This document shows, piece by piece, positions 24,752 to 37,920 of a stretch of DNA of 64,000 bases. The position numbers and the translations under genes are program-made. The stretch comes from Lama guanicoe (lineage: Eukaryota): positions 250,001 through 314,000 of the forward strand of contig MU054117.1 in assembly GCA_013239625.1 (NCBI GenBank). Direction: 5' to 3'. Within the stretch, counting starts at the first letter, position 1. Every line of letters begins with the position of its first letter. Below the pieces are notes generated by a model, which was given only the letters and a program-made list of their open reading frames with translations, searched no databases and was not told the DNA's origin.

Positions 24752-24763
24752 GAGCTGGACTGA
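24752..24763 (+). CDS. BID: BID last coding exon (ELD*)
   Basis: tgttttccgtccctgccacag|GAG CTG GAC TGA; human ends GMD*. Spliced CDS 12+202+140+213+12 = 579 nt = 192 aa plus stop. Confidence 0.88.
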   Translation, partial: ELD

Positions 24764-25749
24764 GTGCACCACTCGATGAAAACGGGGCTGGAGACACCTG
24801 AGCTGGTGACAGCAGTGCAGCTGCCTTCGTGGGTATTTAAGCAGCTGAGAGGACCATCCCAGAGCCGGTGTTTAACTGGGACCACTCAGCAACCTCCCTT
24901 CCACGCCGAGTGAGCATGTGCACATGTGACTGTTGCACGCCATCACCTGAACCCGTCCCCACGCCAGGCCTTTACCTGACGTCAGCTGTGAGGGCCCCAC
25001 CTACTGTAAAGGTGTTTAAGTCTTTTTGTTTTAAAAAAGTACCCACTTTACTGCTCCTGAAAGTGCAACCCTGGGGGTGGTCTCAGGGCAGCAGTGCTCT
25101 GGGTTTTTGAGGCCCAAGCGCTGGAGGGGGAGGGACATGCCCCTTACGAGTGAAAAAGCCACCCTGGAAGGAGGGACAGCCTGATACCAAGGAAGTCCAG
25201 TCTTCCTATTTAAAAACCAAAGGGCACAAGAGGTCTGGGCTCTGGGAACATCAGGCCTCAAAACGTGTTTTTGACTTTTTCCTTTTATTTGAGTCAAGAA
25301 CCAAAGGCACTTAAAAGGTGTGGAGACGACTTCAAGTCAGCCAGCTTACAGAGTCACCACGCACCCTCTTCTCACGGAGCTGCGCCTGGGGGGTGGTATC
25401 TGGAACCTTCCCTCTCCCCAGCCGGCCCCTCAGCTCACCCCTGCCTGAGGGCTGCGTGTGGAGAACAGCTCTCCGGGCATAAACATGAAAGAACATTTAG
25501 TCTTCCAGAAAGCCAGCATCTGAGAGGCTCCCTTTGATGGGGACACAAGTCAGAGCATAGGCAGCAACACACCACTCAGCACCAGAGTCAACCAGGGGCA
25601 CTTACGTTTCGAAACAGCGCAGTCCAGTCTGTCCTGCTGAGGCAGAGGCAGGCAGTGGACGTGGGGCCCGTGCACACATCAGCCGGAGCAGATGCCTTCG
25701 TGACTGCGAGCGTGGTGCTCTGGGAGGCACGTGAATAGGGCAGTGAAGT

Positions 25750-25755
25750 AATAAA
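25750..25755 (+). terminator. BID: Probable BID polyadenylation signal
   Basis: First AATAAA I found on + after the stop codon (3'UTR about 1 kb), followed by tgttcttgtc and a pyrimidine-rich tract. Confidence 0.6.
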
Positions 25756-27520
25756 CATGTTCTTGTCACCAAAACCCTTCTCTCCCTGAGTCTAAATTTA
25801 TCAGAACAAAAGATGACTCCACATGGTTCAGCACTGAACATGACCACCCTGGGGCCAGGCCACCGTTGGGACACATCTTCCAGGGACGCTCTCGCTAGGG
25901 GTCCTGGACTTACTTTGAAGGATTCATGTCCCGGTGGAAACAGGTCAAACCACACGAACCATCCCCTCGTACCTCTGTCTCACTCAGGGGAGACTCATTT
26001 TTCACAGCATCCTCACCTGCCACTTTATACATGTTTTAGTTGTAAAATTTTCCAGGCCAAGTCAGATACTTTCTCCCCATTACAAAGTTTCCAGTCTTGA
26101 GCACATCCTGGAATTTGGTGCATTTCACATAATACAGTCCTTGTGGGCAGAACTGGAAAGTATTTGATTAAGACTGTTTCATCTGCTTTTTAATTATTTA
26201 AGTGACAGATAAAGACAATAAGCTCCCTCCCAGAAGGTGCCCGGCAGTGCGGAGAGCCCGGCGAGGCACCTGGCATCTTCGGAGGGTCAGGTCACTCTGA
26301 CCTCGAGCTGGGGGCTGCGCAGGCTGCCTTTCGGGGTCACAGCGCCAGACGCCACTCTCCCCCGACAGCCTTGCCAGCTGTGCAGACCGGGCCTTTGGAC
26401 GCTGTGGCCATGTTCTCAGGGCCGTCTCAGGCCACAGGCCTGTGTACTCAGGACACGGGACTGCTTACCTGGAACCACCCCCCTACGTCGAGGGCACGCG
26501 ATTACCACAGGAGTGGAAAGGGGTCCATCAGTCCCTTCAGATCTCATTCTATGACACCTGCCACGGTGTTCCCCCCACACTGCTACTAACTGAAACTCAG
26601 ACTGGAGCTGCGTCCCTTCCCCTGCTGGAGAGCACGCAGCCGAAAGGCAGGTGACAGGAGGGGACAGCGGAGGAGCCTCACAGGTGCCACCTCACCATCT
26701 AACCCCAGTACTTCTGAGGGGCCAAGAACATGAGAATCTGTGATAAACTGAACTCAGAATGAGTTAGTACAAAGAGGCACTTTCAATCTGAAGAAAGAAA
26801 CTGCCAGCAGGAGGAACGCAGGTCTAGGGAAAAGCAGATGCCCCCTCTCCTCCGCTGCTGGCCAGCGACCCCCGCTTACCACAGCTCTGGAGCCCCCGGT
26901 AGCGGTCACATCAGTCCAGACTGACAGGAGACAGGACCCCAGCTCCCTGTGACTCCCGGGGAAGGAGGCAACGAGCCAGTCACCTTAAGACTTGTCTGAA
27001 CAGCATGTTAGCTAGCCAACGCCTAGTGCCAGTGAGCACCCGGTGGGGAGGTCACTCGGAGGAGACGGGGAAGTGGACTTCACGCCCCTGAGAACAGCAC
27101 CCTGAGCCACAGGGGCACAGACAAGCCGGTTGTAATTCAGGGACCAAGAGCACGGTAAACGTTCAGCTACTTGGCTACAAGTACAACCACCACACCTTTG
27201 ACAAAAGGGTATTATTCTAATACGGAAAAACGTGCCCACCTCACCGCCGACCCGTGGGGACGCAGAGGCTTCGCACAGCGCAGGTCGTGGTCCTCCGGAG
27301 AACAGGAGATCCAGCATCAAGTGCGCTGCCGGGATGGACACGAGACAGTGCCTGGGGGGAGCTGACCCAGAGGCCAGGAGCTGTTTCTGTGAAGTGACCA
27401 CACAGCCCACAGCCCCTCTGGATGAAGTAGGACCACCCCTCAAATTCTCTGTAAGATAAGTTTGTGTAAACAGTCAAAAGAAATTAAGGGGGAGGGGAAA
27501 AAATCTTACCTACAGTACCT

Positions 27521-27526
27521 TTTATT
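27521..27526 (-). terminator. BCL2L13: Probable BCL2L13 distal polyadenylation signal
   Basis: TTTATT on + is AATAAA on -; U-rich downstream element on - (gatttttttcccc...aatttcttttg). Confidence 0.5.
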
Positions 27527-28797
27527 TCTGTAAAACGTCTCTGAAAATAACCTTAAAATTCCGTGGGTTTGACATTTCTCCACGTTTCCTTCAGGGAAAC
27601 AGGCAGAGCAAGCGTGGTTTTTGTGTCGGGATTATCAAGAGGCCGAGGAAATCGATTTCCACAGGAAATTAACGGTAGCTGTGGCTCACAAAACTCCAGT
27701 CCCTGGTGACGTCCCCCAGGCCATACGCAGGCGGGGGCTGCGTGTGACTGGAGGCCTCTGGGAACCAGAGGGTCAGCAGGTGGCTCTCCCCCTAGAAGGC
27801 TTTCCTGGCAGCGGCCATCGTGGGAGCCCGCAGGCGCACTGTGGGCCCAGAGCTGCTGCCACTTCACCACAGAGAGAACAAACCAGTGTTCTTTAACTCT
27901 GATGTTTTTCTCAAGAAGTCTTTGGTGGCTTTTGCCAAGCGGTCAGAAATCATTACATTCAGTAGAGCAGTTAAGAGCGCTGGGGAACTTTCTAGCAAAA
28001 CTTCTCAACAGTTCAGAGGACGAGGAGCATGAAGGGCACCTGCATCCCCTGAACAAGCTGCATTCATTCTCTGCCCTCAGGTTCAGGGGTTCGATGAGTC
28101 ACACACACGAGGGGCCGGCCCCACCAAAAACGGGGCGGGAGGTGGAGAAATGATTTTTTAATGTAGCAGCAAAAAACAGGAGCCGCTTTAAGAAAAATGC
28201 TTACCAGGCACTCCATTCTCCCCCGCCTGCCAGAGGCAACACTGACACCCTAACACGTAGAAGCTGACCATGAGGCGGCCCGGGAAGGCCAGGCCCCAGG
28301 GAAGGCCCGGTTACTGTCCAGCAGACCACGTCACCCCTACGTGCCCTGGAGAACAAGCACTGACCTGTGAGCGGCCCAGACGTGACCTGGCTTCTCCTAG
28401 CGCTCAAGTGTGTTCACCAAGGGGTCAGGATCCCAAGTTTGCAAGCGTGAATGTGGGAAGGTACGCAGATTACAAAGGGGAAGAATCAAGACAAGTCACC
28501 CGACGCCAACACCAGTGCAGCAGACAGGGTCGGGGAGGGGGGGTGCGAGGAAGTGCTCTGCCTCGCTCGTCCCCCTCCCCTCACCCACAGCACCAGCCTG
28601 TCCTCGAAAACGTCCCTGCCTACAGGACACCAAGACTCCAAGTGTTGAGACACCTGCACAGTAACAAACACACTCCAGACCTTTCTGACCAACTTTTACA
28701 TAGTACTGCTTTAGAGAGATTTAATTTTAAAAATAAATTTAAAAAAGAAAGCACATGTAGAACATCAAGTTTTGGTGATCAGGATAGGTAAAGTAAT

Positions 28798-28803
28798 TTT
28801 ATT
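28798..28803 (-). terminator. BCL2L13: Candidate BCL2L13 proximal polyadenylation signal
   Basis: AATAAA on - with a GU/U-rich tract downstream (tgtgctttcttttttaaatttatttt). Confidence 0.4.
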
Positions 28804-29956
28804 ACAAATTTCAGGATCTAAAAAGTAACGTTACATTTACTAAGATGAATCTGAGATGGCCTGTCTCGAACATGTGTGTCCCGTCAGTGACACTGACCCT
28901 CGGCAAGAGCAGACAGCCCCCTGGGGACGCGATCAGCAGCAGTCAGCAGGCGAGCCTGCTGGTGACCAAACGTCTGGTTCAGTGCCTGGCGCCCGGACTG
29001 TGCTGTCAGCAGAGGGGCCTCTGCCCTGAAATGAGCGCCAGACCCGACCCTGAGGGCAGCCTCTCCCTGCTTCTCATTTCCACGTTTAGGAGACTGTGTG
29101 TTTAGTAAGAGTTATGATTCAACTGATCTGTAAGCCCAAGTACAGGAATCCTCAGCACGTGGCCAAGAGGCCGCAGAGCTGCTGGCTGGCTGGGAAGAAG
29201 ACTCAGGCCAGGCCCTGGTCACAGTGACGGGCAGTGACCGTCCGTGGCCACAGAGACAGGGCCAGAAGAACTTCAGCAGGTCAGCTAAGCCACCCTCCCG
29301 CTTCCGAACCTGGTAGACTTCCCCGCAGCCATGTCTCTTTCGTTCCTTATGTATGGTTTTAAACATGACTAAAGGCAGCGTCTTTACAAGGGGAACTGCA
29401 GGAAGCAGCAGGGATGAGGCCTTGGGGAGCCCTCTCCGGGAGGGGCGGCCGTACCTGAGACCCCGCAGGGCACCTCGTGCTGCGGGCCGGGGAGGGGGAG
29501 GGGGCTGGGGCGGAGGACGCCCGGCTGCGAAGCACAGCGTGTGCATCAGGAGAGGAGATGCCAGGGTCACGGGCCCAGGAGCCCACAGCTGGGCCCGCTT
29601 GCCTGGGAGCTCCTACCCTAGACCCTCCTCAGTCAGCGGGATGGCTCTCCCCCAGAGGACATTTGGCAATGTCGGGGAAGGTGCTCCTGGCGCTCAGGGG
29701 CAGAGGGTGGGGTGCCAACATCGAGGTGGGGGAGCTCTTCACAAAAGACCTGGATGAGCAAGGGCCCGGGCCTGGGAGCCTCCAGCCAGACAGATGACAG
29801 ACACTTTCCACCTCCAGCCCCACTGTGTGTGGCCGGCCCACACCGTGCTGACCAGAAGCACCCAGTGTCCCATAAACGTCCAGCCAGCTGCTGGCAGTTC
29901 AAATTCAATCAACGCAACTAAAACCTCACTCCTTTTGTCCTTTTTATCTGAAAAGT

Positions 29957-30628
29957 CTATTTCTTTCTCAGAGCCAGTACCACCCCGACGGCCACCGCCA
30001 GAAAGGCAACTGCAGCAGCCCCTCCGAAGAGCAGGAGGGACTTGCCCTCGGGCAGCAGGCCAGCCTTCTCCTTGCCGGCAGGGCCGGGCCCTGCCTCTCC
30101 CGGGGGCAGCCCCTCCCCTCCATGCGGCGCGGGGACCCCCTCCTGCTCTGGGGCAGCAGGTCCCGCGGCTGCGTCCACCTCTTCTTCACCGAGTTCCACG
30201 AACAGCGACGTCGCAGGGCTGGCGCCCCCTCCTGCCGCCCCCTCCCCACCAGGCCCCCCAGCCCCCTCCCCGGCCTCGGGCACCTCCTCCTTCTCCACGT
30301 GCACGATGTCAGAGTTGGAGGAGTTGTTCTCGCTCCGCTCGCCGACCCCGTTGCTGTCTAAGCTTTTCACTTCTTCAGGGTCCATTGTGACCTGCTGCCA
30401 GGACTCAGGCCCCAGCGACACCGGCAGGCTCTCCGTGTGCCAGCTCTGGCTGGCCGACAGGGACACCGGCAGGCTCTCCGCCTGCCACGAGGCGGTGGCC
30501 GCCGGGGACTCGGGAGGACTGACGTGTGCGGAGCCATCGCTGGGCAGGATGTAAATGTCGTTGCTGTCTTCCGCCACACTTGCCGGTGGCTCCTCCTCCT
30601 CCTCCGACTCCAGGTTAAAGACGGTACC
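29957..30628 (-). CDS. BCL2L13: BCL2L13 last coding exon (BHNo region, LIR WQQV, C-terminal TM anchor)
   Basis: Acceptor ctccttccctag|; GTVFNLESEEEEEPPASVAEDSNDIYILPSD...SWQAESLPVSL...ESWQQV...LLLFGGAAAVAFLAVAVGVVLALRKK*; 672 nt. Confidence 0.97.
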   Translation of the reverse strand, partial: GTVFNLESEEEEEPPASVAEDSNDIYILPSDGSAHVSPPESPAATASWQAESLPVSLSASQSWHTESLPVSLGPESWQQVTMDPEEVKSLDSNGVGERSENNSSNSDIVHVEKEEVPEAGEGAGGPGGEGAAGGGASPATSLFVELGEEEVDAAAGPAAPEQEGVPAPHGGEGLPPGEAGPGPAGKEKAGLLPEGKSLLLFGGAAAVAFLAVAVGVVLALRKK

Positions 30629-33326
30629 CTAGGGAAGGAGGACAGACAAGTCCAAGGCAGCTAAATAAATTTAAAATGAGTGTAAATCTGGGAAAATTCT
30701 TCCCTAAACTGAAGTTCCAGGAATAAAGACCTCAGAGCTTCTGGACTGAAGGTGTTCACTTGCAGAACAAGGCAGAGGAAGACTTTCTAACCAGGCAGTC
30801 CTCCTCTGACTAGTTTCCTTGAAGCTAGAAAGCTGGAAAGTTAGTTCATGTTCAGTTTAAATATATTTAATGCAATAATGAATGCGGAACAGCAGAGAAA
30901 ACCAAGGCGGGAAACGTGTCCTCCTCCGGGACCCTATCACTCAGCAGGGCGGGCGCTTTCCTTCTCTGGGGGAGGCGGGAGCAGGTGGGGGCAAAAGTCG
31001 TGCAAGGAGACAAGGCAGATGATGCTTGAAGAAAAGTGCAGGCTGGGTGTCGGGTCCAGAAGACCCCAAAACAGCCCACCTACAGGGTCCCACTCAAGGC
31101 ACCCCAGATGCTCTTCACATTTATGCTTGAGGAGCAGTGGGGCACGAAGAAAGGGGCGTTTTCTCCACCGAATCTCCCGGGGAGCTCACGCTGACTCTTC
31201 CCTCCGGATCTGGCTTTGGGGCTGCGCGCCGACACGGCACACCTTCCGCAGCACCCACTGAGGGGAAGCAGAGCCCCCAGGAAAGCAGGGGCCTGGGACG
31301 GGGGCTTGTCACAAAGTCTGTGTGAACTTGAGACCACTGTCAGCAAGGCCGACCACCACCTTCCTCTGACATCCAAGCTGCAGGCACCTCGAGTCCAGGG
31401 TTTCGTCCAGACTCAAAGGAGGCGTTTTACTCCCCTCATTCCCACGTCAGAATTTCCTAACAGTTTAAAACGTTGTTCAGGAATTACCACAAATGCCACC
31501 AACCGAATATAATCTCGTCAACGACACCACTGCCTCCTTTAAGTGCCACCAGCCTTCGAGCTTAACCAGCAGTGGCATAAGTTTTTTTCTTGCAAGGTAA
31601 CTACCATCCCTTTCTTAGAACGAGGTCAAGTTAGTAAGTGCAAGACAGAGGCGAGCGCCGCTCAGCCTGAGTTCATGCTCACGGAAAGGGAGAACACAAT
31701 GAGACACAAGGGAAAACACCCCGGGCAATGAAAATTACTTTAAACGGAAAAAATAATTAAAAACCCAAACGAAAGAAAACCGGAGCCAAGAGAGAACAAT
31801 AGGAATGGAAGGGAGCGCAGGCTGTGAGACAGGGGGCTCCTAAGGCCTGGGGGTGCGGGCGCCAACAGGCGCCTACGGCATGGAGAGACGGCTTCTAATT
31901 CTCTGTGACGTGATTTAAAGTAAAAAGAGAACCTTTAGTTTTCAGAGATACATACTGACATTTTTGGAAATAAAATTATATGATGTCTGGATTTTGCTTC
32001 AAAACAGTATTAAGGGGGAAGGGAGGCGCTGTAAGCAGCTGGCAGTAAGTTAGCTGCCGCTGCGCAGGCAACGGGGGCTCGCCACACTGTCCCGCCTGTT
32101 TTCGTACGTGATCAAAATTCTCCACAGAGAAAATTTAAGTTAAAGCAGTGTAAGAGAAGTGAACAATAACCCACTGCACCTTCCTCCACAAAGAAAAGCC
32201 TCAACAACTCTGTGCCAACAAATCTGAGAATTTAGGGATGGTATCCAGGAAAGATTATCAAAAGTCAACAGGAAAAACCAGAAATCTTCCCTCGAAAGAA
32301 ATACCAGGCAGGCCTACAGGAATGTTGCAGGAAGCCAGGCACGAGTAAGGGTCTCATGAAGACCACTCCAGACCACAGGAAAAGAGGAAGGAAACACTCT
32401 TCCCAACTGTGAGCTCTGCCCCAGAGCCGGCACGCCCTGAGAACCGAGGCCAGGCGAGCGCTGCGGGCCAGCCTCGCTCACTGAGACTCGCACAACCGGG
32501 CACTCACGTTAGCGTCAGGAAGACAGGGCTGCCTTCCAGCGACCGCTGCGGTAACTGTGCTGGGGACCCTGACTGGGGCTGCACCCGGCAAGAAAAGCCC
32601 TGTCACTGTGCACAGTAATGCCGGTGTGACTTCCTGTGTGGAAAACCCAAAGGGATCTAGAGGGAAATACTCAGAGCCGTAAGAGGCGGGCCAACTTGCG
32701 GGAGGTAAAGCCAGCGTGGAAACGTCAGTCTGACAAAGGGACACAGGTGCCTGGGACATTAGCACCGGGGGAGCCGGGTGAGTGTGAGTGTGGGTGCTCT
32801 CGCTCTGGAACCTCTGTAGGTCTAAGGTCACCCCGATATAACCTTATTTCAGTAAGTGATTTAAAGCATTAGTAAGTCTGACTGGGGAAGAGGCAGAGCA
32901 GCAGAAATCCTTATATCCCGCTGACAGCGTGCAAGCTGGGAAACCGCTCTGGAAGCCACTCCGGCACAGTCCTGTAGAGGAGAACCTGCGCACCCTCTCG
33001 GAACCAGAAATTCTCCTCCGAGGTGTACACTCAGAGAAACCCCTGCACACAAGTGTGAGTGTTCGTAACAGCAGCGTCTGTAAGGGCAAAAGGAGAAAAT
33101 ACCCACTGGTAAGACTACAGGTAAATAAACTACAGATAAACTGTGACATATTCGCACACGGACACCAAATGCCAGTCAACAGATCACCTGAGATCAGGCA
33201 TTGCCAACGGGGATGATTCCAGGGGTGAATACCGGTCAGGGAGATGGGAGAAATCGTACATGTGGCAAAGGCCTGTGACCCTCCAAAAGGCCGCAGCACA
33301 TAAACGGACTCAAGTCTGTGCTTTTA

Positions 33327-33462
33327 TTTTTTAATTTATTTACTCACTATTTTTTTACTGTTTTTGTCTTTTTTTTTTTTTAACGGAGGCACTGGGGATT
33401 GAACCCACGACCTCATGCATGCTACGCATGAGCCCTACCACTGAGCTATGCCCTCCCCCACT
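33327..33462 (-). mobile_element. tRNA-derived camelid-type SINE (Vic-like)
   Basis: Reverse complement head ggggagggcatagctcagtggtagggctcatgcgtagcatgcatgaggtcgtgggttcaatccccag; 13-bp TSD gtctgtgctttta at 33314-33326 and 33463-33475. Confidence 0.88.
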
Positions 33463-34107
33463 GTCTGTGCTTTTAAAATTTCATGGGGGGGAAAGGGAAA
33501 TGATTAAGATAAAAACGTCTAAAAAGGATCCTTAGGGGAGTGGTAACAAAAAAGGCTGAGACGCAATGAGCTAGGTGAACATCAGGAATGTAACAGAGTG
33601 AAAACAGCTACAGAAGACAGAGAAGGGACGATTCACATAAAGTTCCAAACACAAAACGCATGTATCGTCTAGAAACAGAGACGTGCACTTAAACTGTGAC
33701 AAGTCAGAACTGAGTGTTCGCCTGTGGGGCAGGCAGGAGCGCGTGCAGAGCCAGGAGGGACAGACCAGGAGGCTCGCACGCTGCCAGGACTCCTTCCCTG
33801 GGCGGGGATGGCAAACGCGCAGGTGTTCGCTCCACCACCCCCATCCCTTAGTTGTTCACGTGTCTTTTGCTAGCATGAAACGTTTCATAATTAGAACGAC
33901 TGAAAAACACCACGTATCAACTTACTAGCAGTAAAACCTCAGTGGTTTAACTTACACTGCACGAACTGGCTTTCCACTGATCGTCAGCCAATCAATGTTA
34001 AATAACGGTATCTGACCTTTGCTGTTAAAAACAACATTGGGGAGCTTAATTTTCTTTTTTTTTTTTTTTTGAGGGAAGATTACACAGAAACACTGGAAAG
34101 CGCATAC

Positions 34108-34251
34108 CCAGCCGCCCTGCTGGATGATGTACTCCGCTGCGTGGTCCTCCAGGTACGTCACACCGAACTGCAGCAAAGCACTCAGAGGCTCCTGACCACG
34201 TCTCGTCAACTCCAAAAGCATTTGTCGCAGCAAAATCAGAGGCACCAAAAT
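34108..34251 (-). CDS. BCL2L13: BCL2L13 coding exon 5 (BH1-BH2 region)
   Basis: AG/GT bounded, 144 nt: ILVPLILLRQMLLELTRRGQEPLSALLQFGVTYLEDHAAEYIIQQGGW. Confidence 0.97.
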
Positions 34252-37200
34252 CTTCAATGCAAAGACGAGAGAGTAAAAAACAAACTGAAATTCTTATAAT
34301 TGATTTTATATGTTCAACTACTAGAAACTACACTCTGGTGAATCATTATAGAATTTCATTTTTACAGTAAAAGAAAGAAAACAGCGACCCCTACTCGAGT
34401 TTTTAGGAATACTGTATGTTTCACGTTTTATCCCACCAGGTAGTAGCAATAATGTCACAAAAACTGTTGAGCTCGCGAGTGCACATGCACATGTGAGTGT
34501 GTGTGAACAGCATACATACAGCAAATCCACTGAAGCACTGTTCATAACAGCAAGAGTGGAAACCACCCAACACGGACTGCTAAATAAATGCTGGTAATCC
34601 AGGAACGTGCAGTCGTTAAAAAGAATCAGACTGTTCACTGCCCAACTGCAAAGATTTATTTTCAGCGAAAAAAGTAATATAAAGAAGAGTGTGTACAGTA
34701 ACAGTCCTAGTCGTGTGAACAAAACCAAACCTCTACCCACACACGCCTTTGTGACCCTGCAGGGCCCCGGAACACACGCGGGCGACAGCGGTGACCTAGG
34801 AGGAGGAAAGCCAGGTGAGCGGTTTACGGGGAAGCACCCCTCAGTGTCTGTCTTTGTGCACTTTGTACCATGTACTTTTATCAGATTTGAAAACAAGGGC
34901 TTTCAAAATCATGAGCTGTCTCAGGAAAGTCATCAGAAACCAGAGAAGGTGTTGTTATCTCCCAATAACCTCATGGCTCAATACCTAAAAATCATCAGAA
35001 TTTATGACAGGGACTAACTAGAGTCCCTTTCCTTGTTTTCCCAGAAGAGCCTTCCAGGTCGCCACCTGCACGCAACCTCTCCTGCCTGGAACACCAGGGT
35101 CCCGCGTGACTGGAAAAGGAATGCAGAGGAAATGAAACCAATCTCCGTTCCACTACCAGCCGCCAAGGCCCCGCTGAGGGGTCACGCACACTCTGCAGGA
35201 GGACAGACAGCAGGCCCATGCCCTCACTAGTGTTCTCTGGTTTTTTAAGTAAAAGCAGCCCTGAGGGGTTTCACAGTCTGGGGGAAGAAAAAGCAACACA
35301 CACCCGTCTTGACGTTCCACCTCCAGCCCGAAGAGCAGTAACAAGCCCTTCCCAGCACCAACAGAGGGGCACAGGGCCTTAAAGAAGAATGCATCGCGCT
35401 CCCCCAGCAGAAGACCCGCGTCACCGCTGGGGACAGAGCACACACGGCGCTCGCCAGCCCGGGCTCTGTCCCAGCAGGAGCAGGGCGCCCGTGACTCAGA
35501 CGGAACCTTCGCACTTCCCGGAACGATCGACTAGCGTGCGGTGTGCTTCAGTTATTCATGTTTAAGCTCCACTACCGCTTAGAAAAGTGAGTCGCGAACA
35601 TGTCATACCTGCTATGCAAAATAAAGCTTGCTCTTATTTGTTCCAAATTTACCTCCTTCGTGTGGCCAACGCAGCTGCCCTACTTCTAGTGCGTCGTAAC
35701 CTCGAGAGGGCCCGTAATCCTCTTTCACCACTGTCTTAACTTCAGTCCTTAATCATATTCCCTCTTATTCACCATGCTTTTTATGCTGAAATCCACTAAT
35801 CTTGTAGTCCGTCCCTCACACAGCAGCTCCTCCACTGCTGTGACCACCCGAGGACCCTCTCCTGGGTCTCCTCCCTCCCGACCACGTCTCCCTCTCATGA
35901 AGCGCAGTGAGGGCAGGACCCTCCCTGCACGAGACTAACTCCTTCCGTCTGGCCGTCACACTCCCGGTCTGCATGGTCACCTCTCCAACACACTGTCTTC
36001 AGGGACCCACTGCAGCGGACACTGCAGACTGCCTTTATTCAGTTATACACACTTGCCCTCCAACTGCTGGGATCACACACACAGTGCATGAGTTACTTCT
36101 ACGACTGATCGCATCAGCTTCACATTCTACTGCCCACAGGAGTTCTATATCATCGGTACACCTGGTATTTCTTTATCTGTCCCCTCCCATGGAACTTAAA
36201 AAGGGGAAAGCAAAACTGGGTCCCCAAGTGTCCACTCCGAGAAGGCCCCACTATTTACAGCTCTGGGAATAAAAAGCAAGCAAGTAATTCTCAATTGTGA
36301 ACTCCTTTCTGTAGGTCACTCCCTTGCTGGATGCCGGTAACCCCACAACACATATGAATTATTTTCCCCTCTGATAACTTCTACAGAGGAACGCCGAGGC
36401 GTTTCTGACCACAGGTAGGACTCCCCCCACTGGCCAGCTCCTCGTGTGTCCCACGGGGCGTCCTATTCCAGCAGGTCACACTCGGCTAACGTTACCCTTT
36501 TGTTAAAGAGCATGGGAGCCAGCCGCAGCAGGAACAGAGCAGGCCAGCCTACAGCGTGCCAGGAGTCCTCGCAGGGGAGCAGACCCCGTGATGGCAACGA
36601 CACATTCCGTTCCACCGTTACCGCCTAAGCCTTCTACGCCTCAGCAATTCTAGTGTGTGTCAATCCCACAGCTGGTATCTGGATCTGACTCACCGATGAC
36701 GTCTGAATGCCTCTGACACACCTCCTCCAAAATAAAACTTAAGAGACAACTGGGCACTCGTATCACCCAGTGTGGTGCGACAGGAAACAGAGAACACTGA
36801 CACTGTCTTGCCACAAAGGTGAAGCCTGACTGTGACCAGCCTGCAGACTGACCTAACAGTGGAAAGGAGATGCAGCTGCCCCTGGACAACGTGGTCTGAA
36901 CTGCGGGACTCGAGGGTGCAGAGGTCCCGCCGCAGGTGAGACACTGGTTTCCCCAGCAGTAAGGACTGCAGCCGCCTGGCCAGCCCACACGTGGCCGATT
37001 CCGCAGACGCGGAACCACGTGCATGGAGAACAGCAGGGCCAGCGCGAAGTCAGACCCAGACTTCGTCTGCAGGGAGGGCCGGCGCTCCCAACCCCCACGG
37101 TGTTCAAGGGTCGGCTGTGCAGACACAGAGGAATAGGTTATGTGGCACCTCAGCAATGCAGTCAAAATCCAGAAGGCAGGAAAATTCTACAGAACAAATA

Positions 37201-37269
37201 ACCAGTAAGCCAATTAGAGCAGGAAGAAAACCAAGAGAGAGAGAGAGTAATCTGCATAGTAAAAGAGAC

Positions 37270-37520
37270 TGAGGTGACAGATTCCACGGTGGCACGTGTA
37301 TGAATGTCCAGAACAGGCAAACTCTAAGGCAGAGCAGAGCTGCTGCCAGGAGTGGGGGGTAGGAAGTGGGGAGGGGCTGCCACAGCGTTTCTTTGGGGGA
37401 GATGAAGGTGTTCTGGAAACAGTGTAGACAGTCGCACACTTCTGTGAATGTTCTAAAAACTACTGAACTGCATACTTCAGAAGGGCAAACTTCACGGTAC
37501 AGGAACGATACTTCCACTTT
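37270..37520 (+). mobile_element. L1M 3'UTR remnant
   Basis: tgtccagaacaggcaaactct...gttctaaaaactactgaactgcatactt is typical L1M 3'UTR. Confidence 0.6.
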
Positions 37521-37662
37521 CTTTATAGGAAAGACTTAAGACATATCAACGACATACAACGCGTGAGCCTTGCTCAGGTCTCAAGTCAAACAAATCAGCC
37601 TTTGTAAGCACCTGGAGCAATCTGAAAACTGAACAGACTATGTGATAACACCAGGATTACTG

Positions 37663-37920
37663 TTAACAGACACAGAAAACAAACTTATGGTCATGGGGGG
37701 GGTGGGAAGATAAATTGGGAGTTTGAGATGTGCGAGTACTAACTACTACATATAAAATAGCTAAAAAACCAATTTCTTCTGTATAGTACAGGGAGCTATA
37801 TTCAGTATCTCGTAATGACCTATAATGAAAAAGAGTATGAAAACGAATGTACGTGACTGGGATATTGTGCTGTGCACCAGAAACTGACACAACGGAAAAA
37901 AAATTAAATTAAAAAAAAAA
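37663..37920 (+). mobile_element. L1 3' end (camelid/cetartiodactyl type) with poly(A)
   Basis: aacagacacagaaaacaaacttatggt...gtatagtacagggagctatattcagtatc...gcaccagaaactgacacaac followed by an A-rich tail. Confidence 0.8.
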
